This document shows, piece after piece, positions 8,909 to 19,849 of a stretch of DNA of 64,000 nucleotides. A program made the position numbers and the translations under genes. The notes beneath the pieces are model-generated. The model made no database searches, was not told the DNA's origin, and saw only the letters and a program-made list of their open reading frames with translations. The stretch is from contig CAZMUQ010000002.1 of assembly GCA_964569845.1 (NCBI GenBank), positions 919 through 64,918 on the forward strand. Reading direction: 5' to 3'. How positions within the stretch are numbered: position 1 is the first letter of the stretch; the number at the start of each line of letters is the position of its first letter. Origin of the DNA: an uncultured Candidatus Bathyarchaeia archaeon (GTDB taxonomy: Archaea; Thermoproteota; Bathyarchaeia; Hecatellales; Hecatellaceae).

Positions 8909-10117
8909 TTAACTTATGTTCAGGTTGTATTTTTTGGCTATCTCTATGAAGCTTTCAGCAACATGTTTTACTTCATCCCAAGTTAAGCCGTAAACGTTAA
9001 GTTTAAAGTGTTTTGTTAAACCTGGCTGAATGCCTACTATACCTTTATCTTTTAACTCCTCATACAAGAAGAAGCCCTTACGCTTATGAGTTTTTGAAAC
9101 CTTGTAGAAGCCTTCAGATTCAACATGAATTAATGTATGCTGCTTAGGTTTAACACCTAACTGTTTTGTTCCCTCTATTTTTTCAAGCTCTTCTACAAGG
9201 TATCTAGCTTTCTTAACTTCCTCTTCCCAGTTTTTTACTCTTTCAACTACATAGGGAAAGGATGCTATAAGAGTTATTAAAGGAGCACCCATAACAGTGC
9301 AGCCTAGAAGTGCAACCTCCTTAACAGGAAAACGTCTACCACTCCAATCTCCAATAATCCTAGATTTAACAAGAACTTTTTCAGCTATCTCCTTAGACAT
9401 TGCAAGAATACCTGTTGGTGCACTTGCAGCCCAACTTTTATGGCCACTACTAACCAGAATATCAACATTTAAGCTTTTCCCGTTTATAGGCATAACTCCC
9501 GCAGTATATGCAGCATTAAGAATTAAAGGAATATCATATTCATGGCAGATTTTAGCTACACTTCTTGCATCATTAAGATTACCATAAAAACTGTCAACAT
9601 GCGTTAATAAAGCAGCAATAGGAAGTTTTCCTGCTTCTTTTTTAACCTCCTCAATTTTTTGAGCATATCTTTCAGGTTCAACTCTAAACTCCGGATAACC
9701 TGAATTTGGTACCTCTTTAACCTTTAAACCTGCAGCTTCAGCTGCAAGATAAGTTGAATAATGGGCTAGACTATCAACAACAATATAATCTCCAGGTTTA
9801 CCAAGCATTTGGAAAACAATAAATTTGGCTTCTCTACATCTAGTTACAACGCGTAAAATATCCATCCCAAGAAATTCTGCAGCATCTAAAATAAAATCAT
9901 AGATTGGTGGACGTTTAATAAGGTCTAATCTTGGAGTTTTAGGAGGACACCAATCACAAACCGAATATCCATCACCAAACTCAACTAAAGCTTTACGTGC
10001 AGCTTCAGTAAGAATACCTCCTCTTTGAATAGGATTAAGATTTATGTAACCCTTAACTTCTCTACGAAGATTTAAGTATTTTTCAAGCTTCTTATCCAAA
10101 ACCAAAAATTTCACCAA
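8909..10117 (-). CDS. O-phosphoseryl-tRNA(Cys) sulfurtransferase-like PLP enzyme (SepCysS-like)
   Basis: 402 aa with N-terminal CDWC Cys pair, PLP lysine motif SSGHKS, and a third conserved Cys about 50 aa downstream (LLGCTV). Confidence 0.65.
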   Translation of the reverse strand: MVKFLVLDKKLEKYLNLRREVKGYINLNPIQRGGILTEAARKALVEFGDGYSVCDWCPPKTPRLDLIKRPPIYDFILDAAEFLGMDILRVVTRCREAKFIVFQMLGKPGDYIVVDSLAHYSTYLAAEAAGLKVKEVPNSGYPEFRVEPERYAQKIEEVKKEAGKLPIAALLTHVDSFYGNLNDARSVAKICHEYDIPLILNAAYTAGVMPINGKSLNVDILVSSGHKSWAASAPTGILAMSKEIAEKVLVKSRIIGDWSGRRFPVKEVALLGCTVMGAPLITLIASFPYVVERVKNWEEEVKKARYLVEELEKIEGTKQLGVKPKQHTLIHVESEGFYKVSKTHKRKGFFLYEELKDKGIVGIQPGLTKHFKLNVYGLTWDEVKHVAESFIEIAKKYNLNIS

Positions 10118-10207
10118 AAAGGTTTTACAGTTTAAGAAACTTAAACATTTAATCCGAAAAATTTTAAGTTTATTTTAAGGAATATACTAAAGGAAGAAAT
10201 TATCTAC

Positions 10208-11002
10208 CTAGCTTTTAAGTTTCCCTAAAATTAATTCTGCAACCTTTTTACCAGATAAAAACATTCCACCAAAAATTGGACCCATCCTATAAGCTCCATA
10301 TACAGCAGTTGCAGCCATACCTGCAACATAAAGTCCAGGTAAAACTTCAGATGTGTATTCTACAACCTTTTTTTCACCTTCTTCACTCCACATAGACCTT
10401 TCACCAACAATTCCACCAGTTAAGGTTGGAAGCTTTAATTCTGGAAATTTTCTTGTAACTACTCTAACAACACTAGCTTCATGACCTGTTGCATCAACAA
10501 TAGCTTTACACTTAACAGCAATAGGATCCACATGCAAACCTGCTCTTCCAACAGCAGACCAATTTACAACAGCACCACATACACTCAATACACCCTCAAT
10601 GTTTCTTACAATAACATCCTCAACTTCAATACCAACAAAAATTTTAGCTCCAGCATCTATTGCAGAAGTAGCACACTTTGAAACAGCTTCAACAGAATCT
10701 GCAACATAATATCCCTCAGAAGATTTTTCTAAGCGGACCTTAATTTCATCAAGAATAAGTTTTGCTTCCTCCTGGACAACAAGTTTTGGAAAAAGAAAAC
10801 CTCCACCCCACATACCTCCACCAACATAAAGCTCCTTCTCAAAGATGATAGTGTTTAATCCTCCTTTTGCAAGATACCTTGCAGCAGTAACCCCAGCAGG
10901 ACCTGCTCCAACAATTATAACATCAGTTTCAACCTTACTTGCAAAGTCCTCCATAAAACCTTTAACAATAGTTTTAGTTATTGATGCCTCATCTATCTTC
11001 AT
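10208..11002 (-). CDS. thi4: thiazole biosynthesis protein Thi4
   Basis: 264 aa with FAD fold VIIVGAGPAGVTAARYLAKGG and GGGMWGGG motif typical of archaeal Thi4. Confidence 0.85.
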   Translation of the reverse strand: MKIDEASITKTIVKGFMEDFASKVETDVIIVGAGPAGVTAARYLAKGGLNTIIFEKELYVGGGMWGGGFLFPKLVVQEEAKLILDEIKVRLEKSSEGYYVADSVEAVSKCATSAIDAGAKIFVGIEVEDVIVRNIEGVLSVCGAVVNWSAVGRAGLHVDPIAVKCKAIVDATGHEASVVRVVTRKFPELKLPTLTGGIVGERSMWSEEGEKKVVEYTSEVLPGLYVAGMAATAVYGAYRMGPIFGGMFLSGKKVAELILGKLKS

Positions 11003-11063
11003 ACATAATCACGAAATAATAAATTGAGTAAAAATATTCTTAAGTTTTTAGTTTCCCAAAAAT

Positions 11064-12329
11064 TTAATCTTTAAACCTTTTACGGTCTACAAATGTTTTA
11101 ATAATGAACTCCTTAAGATTTAGGGGGTTTCTAACATGGGTTACTGTTGCATTTCCATTTAACCTAGCCATTTTCTCACATATCATCTTTAACTCAACCC
11201 TATAATCTAGCATTATAATGTTTAGTCGAATATCAAACTTACCAGCCATATAAGCAGCTCTGTAAGCACTTTCTTCGGGAGTTTGATTTCGAATATAAGA
11301 GGCTGTAGGTTCACCATCAGTTATAAGGAAAATATTTCGGTTACCATCCTCCCTCATAAGAAGATTAACTGAAAAATCTAAAGCTTGACCTATATCCGTG
11401 TAACCATAGGGTTTGAGCTTAACAATTTCTCCAGGAAGGAGCATTTGAGGTTTATGGTTATAAGCTACAACAAAAAGCCTATCATCTTTATATTCTGTTT
11501 GTAAAAGCTCCTTTAAAGCTAAGGCAGCCATAATACCTCCTCTAAACTTTACCCCACGCATAGAATACGATGAATCAATTAAAATTACATTTGACGATTT
11601 TGCAGAATGGATAGGAATTCTAGCTTTAAGATCATCGCCTGAAATTTCAAGATTTTTTGGATCTCTTCTTGCAGTATTTATTAGGCTTTCCTGAATATCT
11701 ATCATATCGTAGGTGTGCTGATATTCATCATAATCACATAAAACATGTGATGGATAAATTCCTATGCCTGAATCTTTAACTTCATGAATACCGAAACCTT
11801 GTTTTCTGAGATTTAAAAAAGCTTCCTCCAAAACCTTTCTAGCGATAATTTTTTCACTTTTCTCTGTAAATTCAGGATAAACAAAAAGTAGTTGAGGATA
11901 CATTCTATAGGTATAAACCTTAACATTAACTAAATCTTCCTTAGCTAATTCTTCTGTTACTTGTCCAGGAAAATTTTGAAGTAATGCTTCAGGCGAAATT
12001 TCTGAGGGTTTAATTTCCCCTTTCCTAATTTTTTCAATAAGCTCATTCCATGCTTCCTTATTTTTTAGGTATTCCATTATTTGCTGACTATCAATACCAA
12101 ACCAACGCATATACCTCTCCAATCTTTGCTTGTTCCGTTCTTCTTCACTTTCAATATAATCAAGATACATCTGAATTAGCTGTTCATCTTGTAAATCTTT
12201 AAGATATTTTTCACGACTTACCATATCAAGATTAAAAAGATTGTATACAAGCTGATCCGTGAATTCCTTACCAAAAATAGAAGTTAATCCTTCATCTTTT
12301 TCTTTACAAAGTTTACATTCCGGTTTCAT
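11064..12329 (-). CDS. von Willebrand factor A domain protein (ChlD-like partner of the AAA+ ATPase)
   Basis: 421 aa with C-terminal vWA/MIDAS-like VILIDSSYSM...ITDGEPT. Start overlaps the upstream ATPase gene by 17 nt. Confidence 0.75.
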   Translation of the reverse strand: MKPECKLCKEKDEGLTSIFGKEFTDQLVYNLFNLDMVSREKYLKDLQDEQLIQMYLDYIESEEERNKQRLERYMRWFGIDSQQIMEYLKNKEAWNELIEKIRKGEIKPSEISPEALLQNFPGQVTEELAKEDLVNVKVYTYRMYPQLLFVYPEFTEKSEKIIARKVLEEAFLNLRKQGFGIHEVKDSGIGIYPSHVLCDYDEYQHTYDMIDIQESLINTARRDPKNLEISGDDLKARIPIHSAKSSNVILIDSSYSMRGVKFRGGIMAALALKELLQTEYKDDRLFVVAYNHKPQMLLPGEIVKLKPYGYTDIGQALDFSVNLLMREDGNRNIFLITDGEPTASYIRNQTPEESAYRAAYMAGKFDIRLNIIMLDYRVELKMICEKMARLNGNATVTHVRNPLNLKEFIIKTFVDRKRFKD

Positions 12330-13872
12330 TTTTAATCATCTGATTCACACTTTTAGGTTCATGCAAAATATAACCTTCCTTATCTTTTGTAATGTATTCT
12401 GGAATACATAAACTCATAGACATTAAGATTACATCAATAGCTGAAAGGAAATATTCGTCATCCACTTCAATATTACCGCCATCCAATTCAAGAAGCTTTG
12501 AAACATAAAAATTGATGCACTCCTCACTTCTTAGTTCATGAACTATCTCAAGATTTATAGGTAGATATTTATCAGAATCTCCGGCAGGTTTTGAATGTCT
12601 TCTTAAAGCTTCATAAAAATCATCAAAACCTTCTTGTGGAAGCTTATTGTAAACTTCCTCGCATGTGTGTTTTAAGGCTTTCTCAAAAAGCTTCTCTATT
12701 ATTTCATCCTTTCTACCTTCATCAATCCCATATTCAACTTCAATTCTACCTCGAAGAGCAAGCTTTACAATTTCTAAAGATTCACCATAATCAAGGAAAA
12801 GGGGAACTTTTCTACCCATCATTATAGCTTTAGATTGAAGATGGTCATAAAGCTTAATAGTAGCTCTACATGAAGGTTCAGATTCTATTCTTCTTGCAAG
12901 TTCACATTTATCCTTATCCCTTGCATACCTAACAGTTCTAGCTAAAACTTTTAAATGCCAACTAGGAATAGAAGCTTTTTCCCTACGCCACTTAACATAG
13001 TACATATTTCTTAAGCCAATCTCAATTTCCTCTTCAAGAGTTTCAGGAGGCCCAATACTAACTTCTTCCATCCTATCCAGCAAAGGCTCCTTAATCGGGT
13101 TTGTTCCACGGTAATTAGCAGGGTTTGTTGCTGCAAGCTCAATAGTGTTAATCTTAAATGGGATGATATCGCCTTCAACAGTTGTTATTTGATGTTCTTC
13201 AAAAAGTTCATGTAGTAATGTTTGAAGTGAGGATGGTAAGGCTCCAAGCTCATCAAAGTATCCTACACCTCTATTAGCCTTTAAAGCTCTTCCAGGAATG
13301 AAAACTTCAGGATGGTCAAGATCATAACCTTCCCTAATCTTCTGGATTGAAACACCACCTACCAGCTGCCTTGTAGTTAACATGGGATCTCCGGGAATCC
13401 TAACCCATATCCTTGGAATCCATGTAAGCTCAACAACATTATCTTCAAGAAGTTTTCTTTTACATGAAAAACAGGATGGGTAGGTTGGATCATCGTATAT
13501 TTTACATCCCTTAACTGCTAAAAGTTTTGAAGGTAAAAGTTCAGCAATTGCCTTAGAAAAAGTAGTTTTCCCATAACCCTTCTTACCTTTAAATAGTATC
13601 GGAGAGCCTGAAAGTAAGGCATTCTTTACAAGTTCCTTCTCCTTTTTCTTTCCAACAATACTTGGAAATGGATCTAAACCTTTTTTTTCACATTCAAGAA
13701 TTTTTTCTGTTACATATTCAACTGGTGATTTTGAATGATAACGATTGTATGGTTCACTCCAAATATCAATTTCCTTAGAATCTAATACAAAGCGTGGAGC
13801 ATTAGCTTGAGTTATCTTAACATCCTCGTAAATTAAATCTTCTAGCTCTTTGCGATTAATTTTTGAAGGCAA
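12313..13872 (-). CDS. AAA+ ATPase, Mg-chelatase ChlI / MoxR-like
   Basis: 519 aa with Walker A GKKGYGKTT, Walker B GVGYFDEL, and a Cys-rich insert CKIYDDPTYPSCFSCKRK. Confidence 0.7.
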   Translation of the reverse strand: MPSKINRKELEDLIYEDVKITQANAPRFVLDSKEIDIWSEPYNRYHSKSPVEYVTEKILECEKKGLDPFPSIVGKKKEKELVKNALLSGSPILFKGKKGYGKTTFSKAIAELLPSKLLAVKGCKIYDDPTYPSCFSCKRKLLEDNVVELTWIPRIWVRIPGDPMLTTRQLVGGVSIQKIREGYDLDHPEVFIPGRALKANRGVGYFDELGALPSSLQTLLHELFEEHQITTVEGDIIPFKINTIELAATNPANYRGTNPIKEPLLDRMEEVSIGPPETLEEEIEIGLRNMYYVKWRREKASIPSWHLKVLARTVRYARDKDKCELARRIESEPSCRATIKLYDHLQSKAIMMGRKVPLFLDYGESLEIVKLALRGRIEVEYGIDEGRKDEIIEKLFEKALKHTCEEVYNKLPQEGFDDFYEALRRHSKPAGDSDKYLPINLEIVHELRSEECINFYVSKLLELDGGNIEVDDEYFLSAIDVILMSMSLCIPEYITKDKEGYILHEPKSVNQMIKNETGM

Positions 13873-13941
13873 GATTCTCCAAATCTTTATTATCCAAGTA
13901 CTACTTAAACTTTAACTTAAGCTTAAAAATATGATAGAAAA

Positions 13942-15117
13942 TTAATTTTCACTACTGTAACGTTTTATCTGTAAATCTTCACCCATTTCTTTTGCAAACT
14001 CTAAAAGAAGATTTTTCTGTCTTTCTGTAAGGTTTACTGGCGTTTTAACCACAACCTTTACAAGCTCATCTCCCCTACCATAACCATAAACATCTGGTAA
14101 ACCTTTACCTTTTAACCTAAAAACTGTTCCAGTTTGCGTTCCAGGTGGAATCTTAAGCTTCTCTTTACCATCTAATGTTGGAACTTCAATTTCTGCTCCA
14201 AGAGTAGCCCAAGTGAAGCTTATAGGCGCTTCGTAGATTATATCGTTTCCATCCCTAACAAAGATTGGATGGGGTTTAACATTTATAATGATGTATAAAT
14301 CTCCAGGAGGACCCCCATTAAATCCAGGCTCACCTTCACCAGCTAACCTTAGACGGTAACCTGTATCAACTCCAGCAGGAATCTTTACACTAATCTTTTT
14401 TAAACGTTGAACTCTACCTGAACCTCTACATTCAAGACATGGACTTTCGATTATTTTACCCTTGCCACCGCAAAGGTCACAAGTAAAAACTTGAATAAAA
14501 CGTGTAAAACCTGAAACCTTTGCAAATTGAATTTGACCCTTACCCTTACATCTTGGACATATTTTAGGTTTTGTTCCAGGCTTAATTCCTGATCCCTTAC
14601 ACACATTACAGACCTCGAGTTTGGGTACTTCTAATGTAGTTTTAAATCCTGTTGCAGCCTGTTCAAGAGTTATTTCAAGCTCATATACTAAATCCCTACC
14701 TCTTCTACCATAAGCTTCCTCTTTACGTCTTCTTTTACCAAAAAATATTTCAAATATTCTATCAAATTCACTAAAACCGAAACCTAAATCCCTGAATATA
14801 TCTTCAAAATCAATACCACTAAACAAATCTTCAGTTGTATATTTACCCTCAATCCCAGCGTGTCCATACATATCATAAAGTCTTCTTTTTTCATCATCTG
14901 AAAGAACAGCATAAGCTTCGGATATTTCTTTAAATTTTTCAGCAGCATCAGGAGACTTATTTCTATCAGGATGATACTGCATAGCAAGCCTTCTATAAGC
15001 TGCCTTAATCTCCTCTTTTGTTGCGTTCCTAGAAACACCTAAAATTTCGTAGTAATCTTTATGGGGGTTCACGGAGCCTATTTTCACCCCCACTAAAACA
15101 GGAAAATGAGCTTCCAA
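13942..15117 (-). CDS. dnaJ: chaperone DnaJ
   Basis: J-domain KDYYEILGV...YHPDRN, G/F region, and four CxxCxGxG zinc-finger repeats. Confidence 0.9.
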   Translation of the reverse strand: MEAHFPVLVGVKIGSVNPHKDYYEILGVSRNATKEEIKAAYRRLAMQYHPDRNKSPDAAEKFKEISEAYAVLSDDEKRRLYDMYGHAGIEGKYTTEDLFSGIDFEDIFRDLGFGFSEFDRIFEIFFGKRRRKEEAYGRRGRDLVYELEITLEQAATGFKTTLEVPKLEVCNVCKGSGIKPGTKPKICPRCKGKGQIQFAKVSGFTRFIQVFTCDLCGGKGKIIESPCLECRGSGRVQRLKKISVKIPAGVDTGYRLRLAGEGEPGFNGGPPGDLYIIINVKPHPIFVRDGNDIIYEAPISFTWATLGAEIEVPTLDGKEKLKIPPGTQTGTVFRLKGKGLPDVYGYGRGDELVKVVVKTPVNLTERQKNLLLEFAKEMGEDLQIKRYSSEN

Positions 15118-15171
15118 ATAAGCTTTAAGAAGGCTAGGAACTATATAATTTAGTAATTTTGGCGTATTAAA

Positions 15172-15489
15172 ATGAGAAACGGTAAAAGTAAAATTTTAAC
15201 TCTTAGGATTGAAGGAAGAAATGTTTGTGTTGAAACTGTTGCAAAAAGAACTTACTGGGATCTTGTTCTCCGCTACATGGAAAATGTCAGATTAGGCTTG
15301 GAGGATAAAAAATTAGAAGAAGAAATTAATTTATTAAAAAGATTCCTGGAAGAAGAAGATATAGCCAAGATTAGAAGCATGGTTGAAGAGCTTATGGAAA
15401 ATGGCGAAAAAGTTGTAAATGTTATTCTAGGTGAAGATAAAAGTGGAAAATTGTGGTTTAAGGTCACTAAAGCTTCAAATAAAAAATAA
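15172..15489 (+). CDS. hypothetical protein
   Basis: 105 aa charged/helical ORF with no recognisable motif. Confidence 0.35.
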   Translation: MRNGKSKILTLRIEGRNVCVETVAKRTYWDLVLRYMENVRLGLEDKKLEEEINLLKRFLEEEDIAKIRSMVEELMENGEKVVNVILGEDKSGKLWFKVTKASNKK

Positions 15490-15541
15490 AGCTTGAATAG
15501 TATTATTTAAAAATTAAAAAGTAAAAAAAAGATTCTCTAGT

Positions 15542-16123
15542 ATGTACGCAGTTTTCAGGGTGGTTAAACTGTTAAGTAGAGAAGAGGCATTAAATATTTT
15601 GAGTAGAAACATAAAAAGAAAAAACATTTTTAACCATTCCTTGGCTGTTGAAGCTATTATGAGAAGTCTAGCTAAATATCTTGGAGAAAATGTTGAAATT
15701 TGGGGATTAGCAGGATTACTTCATGATATAGATTTTGAGGAAACTGAAGGCAATCCCTCACAGCATGGTTTAATTGCTGAAAAAATTTTAGGAGATAATG
15801 TCTCCAGCGAGATTATTAGAGCAATAAAAGCTCACAACTTTGAAAATACTAACATTAACCCTGAAACAAAGATGGAAAAAGCTTTAATTGCAGCAGATGC
15901 AATCTCAGGTTTACTTGTTGCATGTGCACTTGTTATGCCTTCAAAAAAACTTGCTGAGGTTAAAGTTGAAACTGTAGCTAAAAAATTTAAGCAAAAAGAT
16001 TTTGCAAGAAATGTTAAAAGGGATAGAATTCTTCTTTGCGAAGAAATAGGAATACCAAAGGAAAAATTTTTTGAAATATGCTTAGAGGGCTTAAAAAGGA
16101 TAGGTGAAGAAATAGGATTATGA
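15542..16123 (+). CDS. HD/HDIG-domain phosphohydrolase
   Basis: NHSLAVEAIMRSLA...LAGLLHDIDF... HD motifs. Confidence 0.6.
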   Translation: MYAVFRVVKLLSREEALNILSRNIKRKNIFNHSLAVEAIMRSLAKYLGENVEIWGLAGLLHDIDFEETEGNPSQHGLIAEKILGDNVSSEIIRAIKAHNFENTNINPETKMEKALIAADAISGLLVACALVMPSKKLAEVKVETVAKKFKQKDFARNVKRDRILLCEEIGIPKEKFFEICLEGLKRIGEEIGL

Positions 16124-16145
16124 AGAACTAAAACTAAACTTACTT

Positions 16146-16451
16146 TTATTCCTCTTCTTTGAGAAATCTTATAAGCTTATCAGTAGGAATTGCAGGCATA
16201 CTAAGCGTATGAACAGTACCCCTAAAACCAAGTTCTATAGAAAGCTTTGCTATAGACCTTTCATCAGGAGCTTCAACAATGTTTACAAAGTCAAAAGGCC
16301 CCAAAACAGCGTATTGAGCTAAAATTTTGATACCCATTGCTTCAATTTCCTTGTTTACTTCTAATATTCTCTCAGGGTTAACTTTCATGGTTTCCTTACC
16401 TTTTTCCGTTAAAGTTGTTAAAATAATATAAGTTGGCAATATCAGCACCAA
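16146..16451 (-). CDS. GYD-domain protein
   Basis: 101 aa with YAVLGPFDFVNIVEAPD matching the GYD family core. Confidence 0.55.
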   Translation of the reverse strand: MVLILPTYIILTTLTEKGKETMKVNPERILEVNKEIEAMGIKILAQYAVLGPFDFVNIVEAPDERSIAKLSIELGFRGTVHTLSMPAIPTDKLIRFLKEEE

Positions 16452-16497
16452 AATAAGAATTTAACTTTAAAAATATTTATACCTTCCAATAAGTGTT

Positions 16498-17538
16498 TTA
16501 AAACATTTTTTTACCCTTCTTTAAAATCTCAGTAAAGGATAATCCAAGCCAAGATAACCCAAGTAATCCAAGGAATAATGAAGTTAACAACATAATTACA
16601 TGATTTGCAACACCAAGTGCAAGAACAATATCAGTTTCAGATAAACCTACACATAAGAAAACTAAAAGCCAAAATGTTTCATAGGTACCAGTATAGCCAG
16701 GTGGAGCGGGAAGAATAAGTATAAGCGTAACTAACCCGTAAATGAGTATCATCAGTAATATGGGAAGTGTAAATCTGAACGCCATAAAAAGGGAAAAAAG
16801 TGCAAAAAAGTTTATTATCCAAACTATTAATGTTGATATTATAACCATTAATGTTGTTCTTAGATTATAGGTTAAACTTTTAGCACCACATATAATTGAG
16901 CTAAACCACTGTAAAATTTTAACTTTAAGCTTATTAGTAGCTGGCAAAAAACTAGAAATCTTTTTTAGGATACTTAGAATTTTTCCCTCCCAGCGTATAC
17001 TAAAGATAAGTAGTATTAACACTAGACTTGCAATTATTCCAGTTAAAACTAATCCGCTTGAAACCCATAAGGGTAATCTTACCTGTATAGGTAGAAGTAT
17101 AAGTGTTATAGCAACTAATCCAGCAACAAAAATGAGGTCTAAAATTCTTTCAACAATAACTGAGGATAAACATCCAAGAAAATCTAGTCCTTCCTTTCCA
17201 CTAAGAAGAGCAGCTCTTAAAGGTTCACCTACCCTAACAGGGATAACAACATTAAACATGTAACCTGCAACACTAACCCAAAAAATTGTGGGAAACTTTA
17301 TAGGATTTTTTATTGGAGTAAGTAAAATTCTCCAGCGCCAAGCCCTGACAGGGTAAACAATAAATCCCAGAAGTATAGATAAAACTAGCCAAGAAATTTC
17401 AACAGTAGAAAAAATTGATAAAAGTCTTTCAAAGCCTACCCACCAAAGTAAGCTAAAAAATAGGCTGATACCTAAAGTAGAGAGAAAAAGAAGCCTCCAC
17501 TTCTCATATACTCTGAGTTTTGACGTGAAGCTCTTCAA
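16498..17538 (-). CDS. integral membrane protein, UPF0104 / flippase-like (LPG-synthase TM domain) family
   Basis: 346 aa with about 8 TM segments and VRAWRWRILL motif. Confidence 0.55.
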   Translation of the reverse strand: MKSFTSKLRVYEKWRLLFLSTLGISLFFSLLWWVGFERLLSIFSTVEISWLVLSILLGFIVYPVRAWRWRILLTPIKNPIKFPTIFWVSVAGYMFNVVIPVRVGEPLRAALLSGKEGLDFLGCLSSVIVERILDLIFVAGLVAITLILLPIQVRLPLWVSSGLVLTGIIASLVLILLIFSIRWEGKILSILKKISSFLPATNKLKVKILQWFSSIICGAKSLTYNLRTTLMVIISTLIVWIINFFALFSLFMAFRFTLPILLMILIYGLVTLILILPAPPGYTGTYETFWLLVFLCVGLSETDIVLALGVANHVIMLLTSLFLGLLGLSWLGLSFTEILKKGKKMF

Positions 17539-17590
17539 TAGAGCATCAAATTAACATATTCTAGTAGGTTAAGTATTTATGGATAACCAT

Positions 17591-19849
17591 TTAATCACAT
17601 TCAGAATAGCCACAATTTGAAAGGCATTTCTTGCAACCTTCAATTCTTATAAGGGGGCTTCCACACTCAGGACATGCACCATTAACAATTGAATAAAAAG
17701 TCATTCCAGCAGAATCATTAATTTTTTCTCCCGTATCAGGTAGTAATCCTTTCTCCTTTAGATATAGCTCTAAGGCTTTACCTATAGCATCAGGACATGA
17801 TAAAACCTTGTTTTTTCCGATACCAATCTGCCTATCGCATGATATTCCCTTATAATGTTTAACAATTTCCTTTGGATCAATACCGCATCTTAAAATCAAA
17901 GAAGCAGACCTTCCAAGACCTTCAGTTTGGGCTGAAGCACATCCGCCAGCTTTTCCAAGCCTAGCAAAAATCTCAAATGGTAAGCCGTTTTCATCTTCAT
18001 TAATAGTTACATAAAGGGAACCACATCCTGTTTGAATTTCGTATGTAACTCCATGTAACCTTTTTGGACGCTTCCTAGGCTTGATAAACTCAGGTTTTTC
18101 AGGCTTCCTTTGTGGCCCTGTTTCTAAGACTTGAGATTCTCTACACTTATCTCTATAAACTGTTATTCCTTTGCATTTAAGTTTCCATGCAAGCATGTAC
18201 ACTTTTTTAACGTCTTCAATTGTTGCTTCATGCGGCAGATTTACGGTTTTTGAAACAGCATTGTCAGTATATTTTTGGAATGCAGCCTGCATTCTAACAT
18301 GCCACTCAGGAGAAACATCAAAAGCAGTAACAAAAATTCTTTTGATATGGCCTGGAATTTCCTCTATTTCCCTTAGCGACCCTTTCTCAGCTATTTTTTC
18401 CATCAACTCCTTACTATAGAAACCTTCCCTTTTAGCAAATTCCTCAAAAAGGCTGTTAACCTCAACAAGTTTTTCACCTTCCAAGACATTACGTACATAA
18501 CATAAAGCAAAAATAGGTTCAATGCCACTGGAGCATCCAGCTATAATAGATATTGTTCCAGTTGGAGCTATAGTTGTAGTGGTAGCATTTCTTAATTTAC
18601 GTACACCATCCCATTTACTACCCCTCCAATTAGGGAAAACACCCCTTTCTTCAGCCAATATTTCAGAAGCTATTTTTGATTCCTCCTGAATAAAACCCAT
18701 AACTTTTTCAGCTAACTGTAATGCCTCCTCAGAATCGTAAGGAATACCAAGTTTAATTAGCATATCAGCCCAACCCATAACACCTAAACCAATTTTTCTG
18801 TTTCCTTTTGTCATCTGCTCAATTTGTGGAAGAGGATACCTATTCACATCAATAACATTATCAAGAAAATGCACAGCTAACCTAACAACTCTGCGAAGCT
18901 TTTCCCAATCTATTCTTCCATCTGTAGCCATTTTTGCAAGATTTATTGAGCCTAAATTGCATGATTCATATGGAAGTAGCGGCTGCTCACCACAAGGATT
19001 AGTACTCTCAATACTTCCTAGGTGAGGAGTAGGATTATCTTGGTTAATTCTATCAAGAAAAATTAAGCCAGGATCACCTATTTTCCATGCTGTTTCAACA
19101 ATAAGGTCAAAAACTTTTCTTGCATTAAGCATACCCACACATTCATTATTTCTAGGATTAATTAACGGATAATCTTCACCTTTCTCAACAGCCTCCATAA
19201 ATTTATCATCAACAGCAACAGAAATGTTAAAATTGTTTAACCGCTTACCATTAACCTTGCAAGTTATAAACTCTAGGATATCCGGATGATAAACACTTAA
19301 AATACCCATATTAGCTCCACGTCTTGTCCCACCTTGCTTAATGGCTTCTGTTGCAGCATCATAAACCATCATAAAGGATACAGGCCCGCTTGAAACTCCT
19401 TTAGTTGATTTTACAACATCTCCTTTAGGTCTAAGCTTTGAAAATGAGAAACCTGTCCCCCCGCCAGATTTATGAATTAAAGCTGCATGTTTAATAGTTT
19501 CAAAGATGCTGTCAATCGAGTCTTCAACTGGAAGAACAAAGCATGCTGAAAGTTGCCCAAGTTCTCTTCCAGCATTCATCAAAGTTGGAGAGTTAGGCAA
19601 AAACTCAAGATTAGCCATGAGATGATAAAAATCTTCAACAATCTTCTCAATTTCATCATTTGTTTTTCCATAAAGTTTATCGGCTGAAGCCACACCTAAA
19701 GCAACCCTTAAGAACATTTGCTGAGGAGATTCAACAATACGTCCATTCTCATCTTTTTTTAAATACCTTTTTTCCAAAACTTTTAGGGCATTAGGAGTTA
19801 AATTAATCTTCTCTGTTAGTAGATGATGAAAAACTTTCATCTTAATCAA
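17591..19849 (-). CDS. nrdJ: adenosylcobalamin-dependent ribonucleotide reductase (class II)
   Basis: 752 aa with LSACFVLPVEDS, active-site NPCGEQPLLPYESCNLGSINL and Cys-rich C-terminal tail. Confidence 0.85.
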   Translation of the reverse strand: MIKMKVFHHLLTEKINLTPNALKVLEKRYLKKDENGRIVESPQQMFLRVALGVASADKLYGKTNDEIEKIVEDFYHLMANLEFLPNSPTLMNAGRELGQLSACFVLPVEDSIDSIFETIKHAALIHKSGGGTGFSFSKLRPKGDVVKSTKGVSSGPVSFMMVYDAATEAIKQGGTRRGANMGILSVYHPDILEFITCKVNGKRLNNFNISVAVDDKFMEAVEKGEDYPLINPRNNECVGMLNARKVFDLIVETAWKIGDPGLIFLDRINQDNPTPHLGSIESTNPCGEQPLLPYESCNLGSINLAKMATDGRIDWEKLRRVVRLAVHFLDNVIDVNRYPLPQIEQMTKGNRKIGLGVMGWADMLIKLGIPYDSEEALQLAEKVMGFIQEESKIASEILAEERGVFPNWRGSKWDGVRKLRNATTTTIAPTGTISIIAGCSSGIEPIFALCYVRNVLEGEKLVEVNSLFEEFAKREGFYSKELMEKIAEKGSLREIEEIPGHIKRIFVTAFDVSPEWHVRMQAAFQKYTDNAVSKTVNLPHEATIEDVKKVYMLAWKLKCKGITVYRDKCRESQVLETGPQRKPEKPEFIKPRKRPKRLHGVTYEIQTGCGSLYVTINEDENGLPFEIFARLGKAGGCASAQTEGLGRSASLILRCGIDPKEIVKHYKGISCDRQIGIGKNKVLSCPDAIGKALELYLKEKGLLPDTGEKINDSAGMTFYSIVNGACPECGSPLIRIEGCKKCLSNCGYSECD

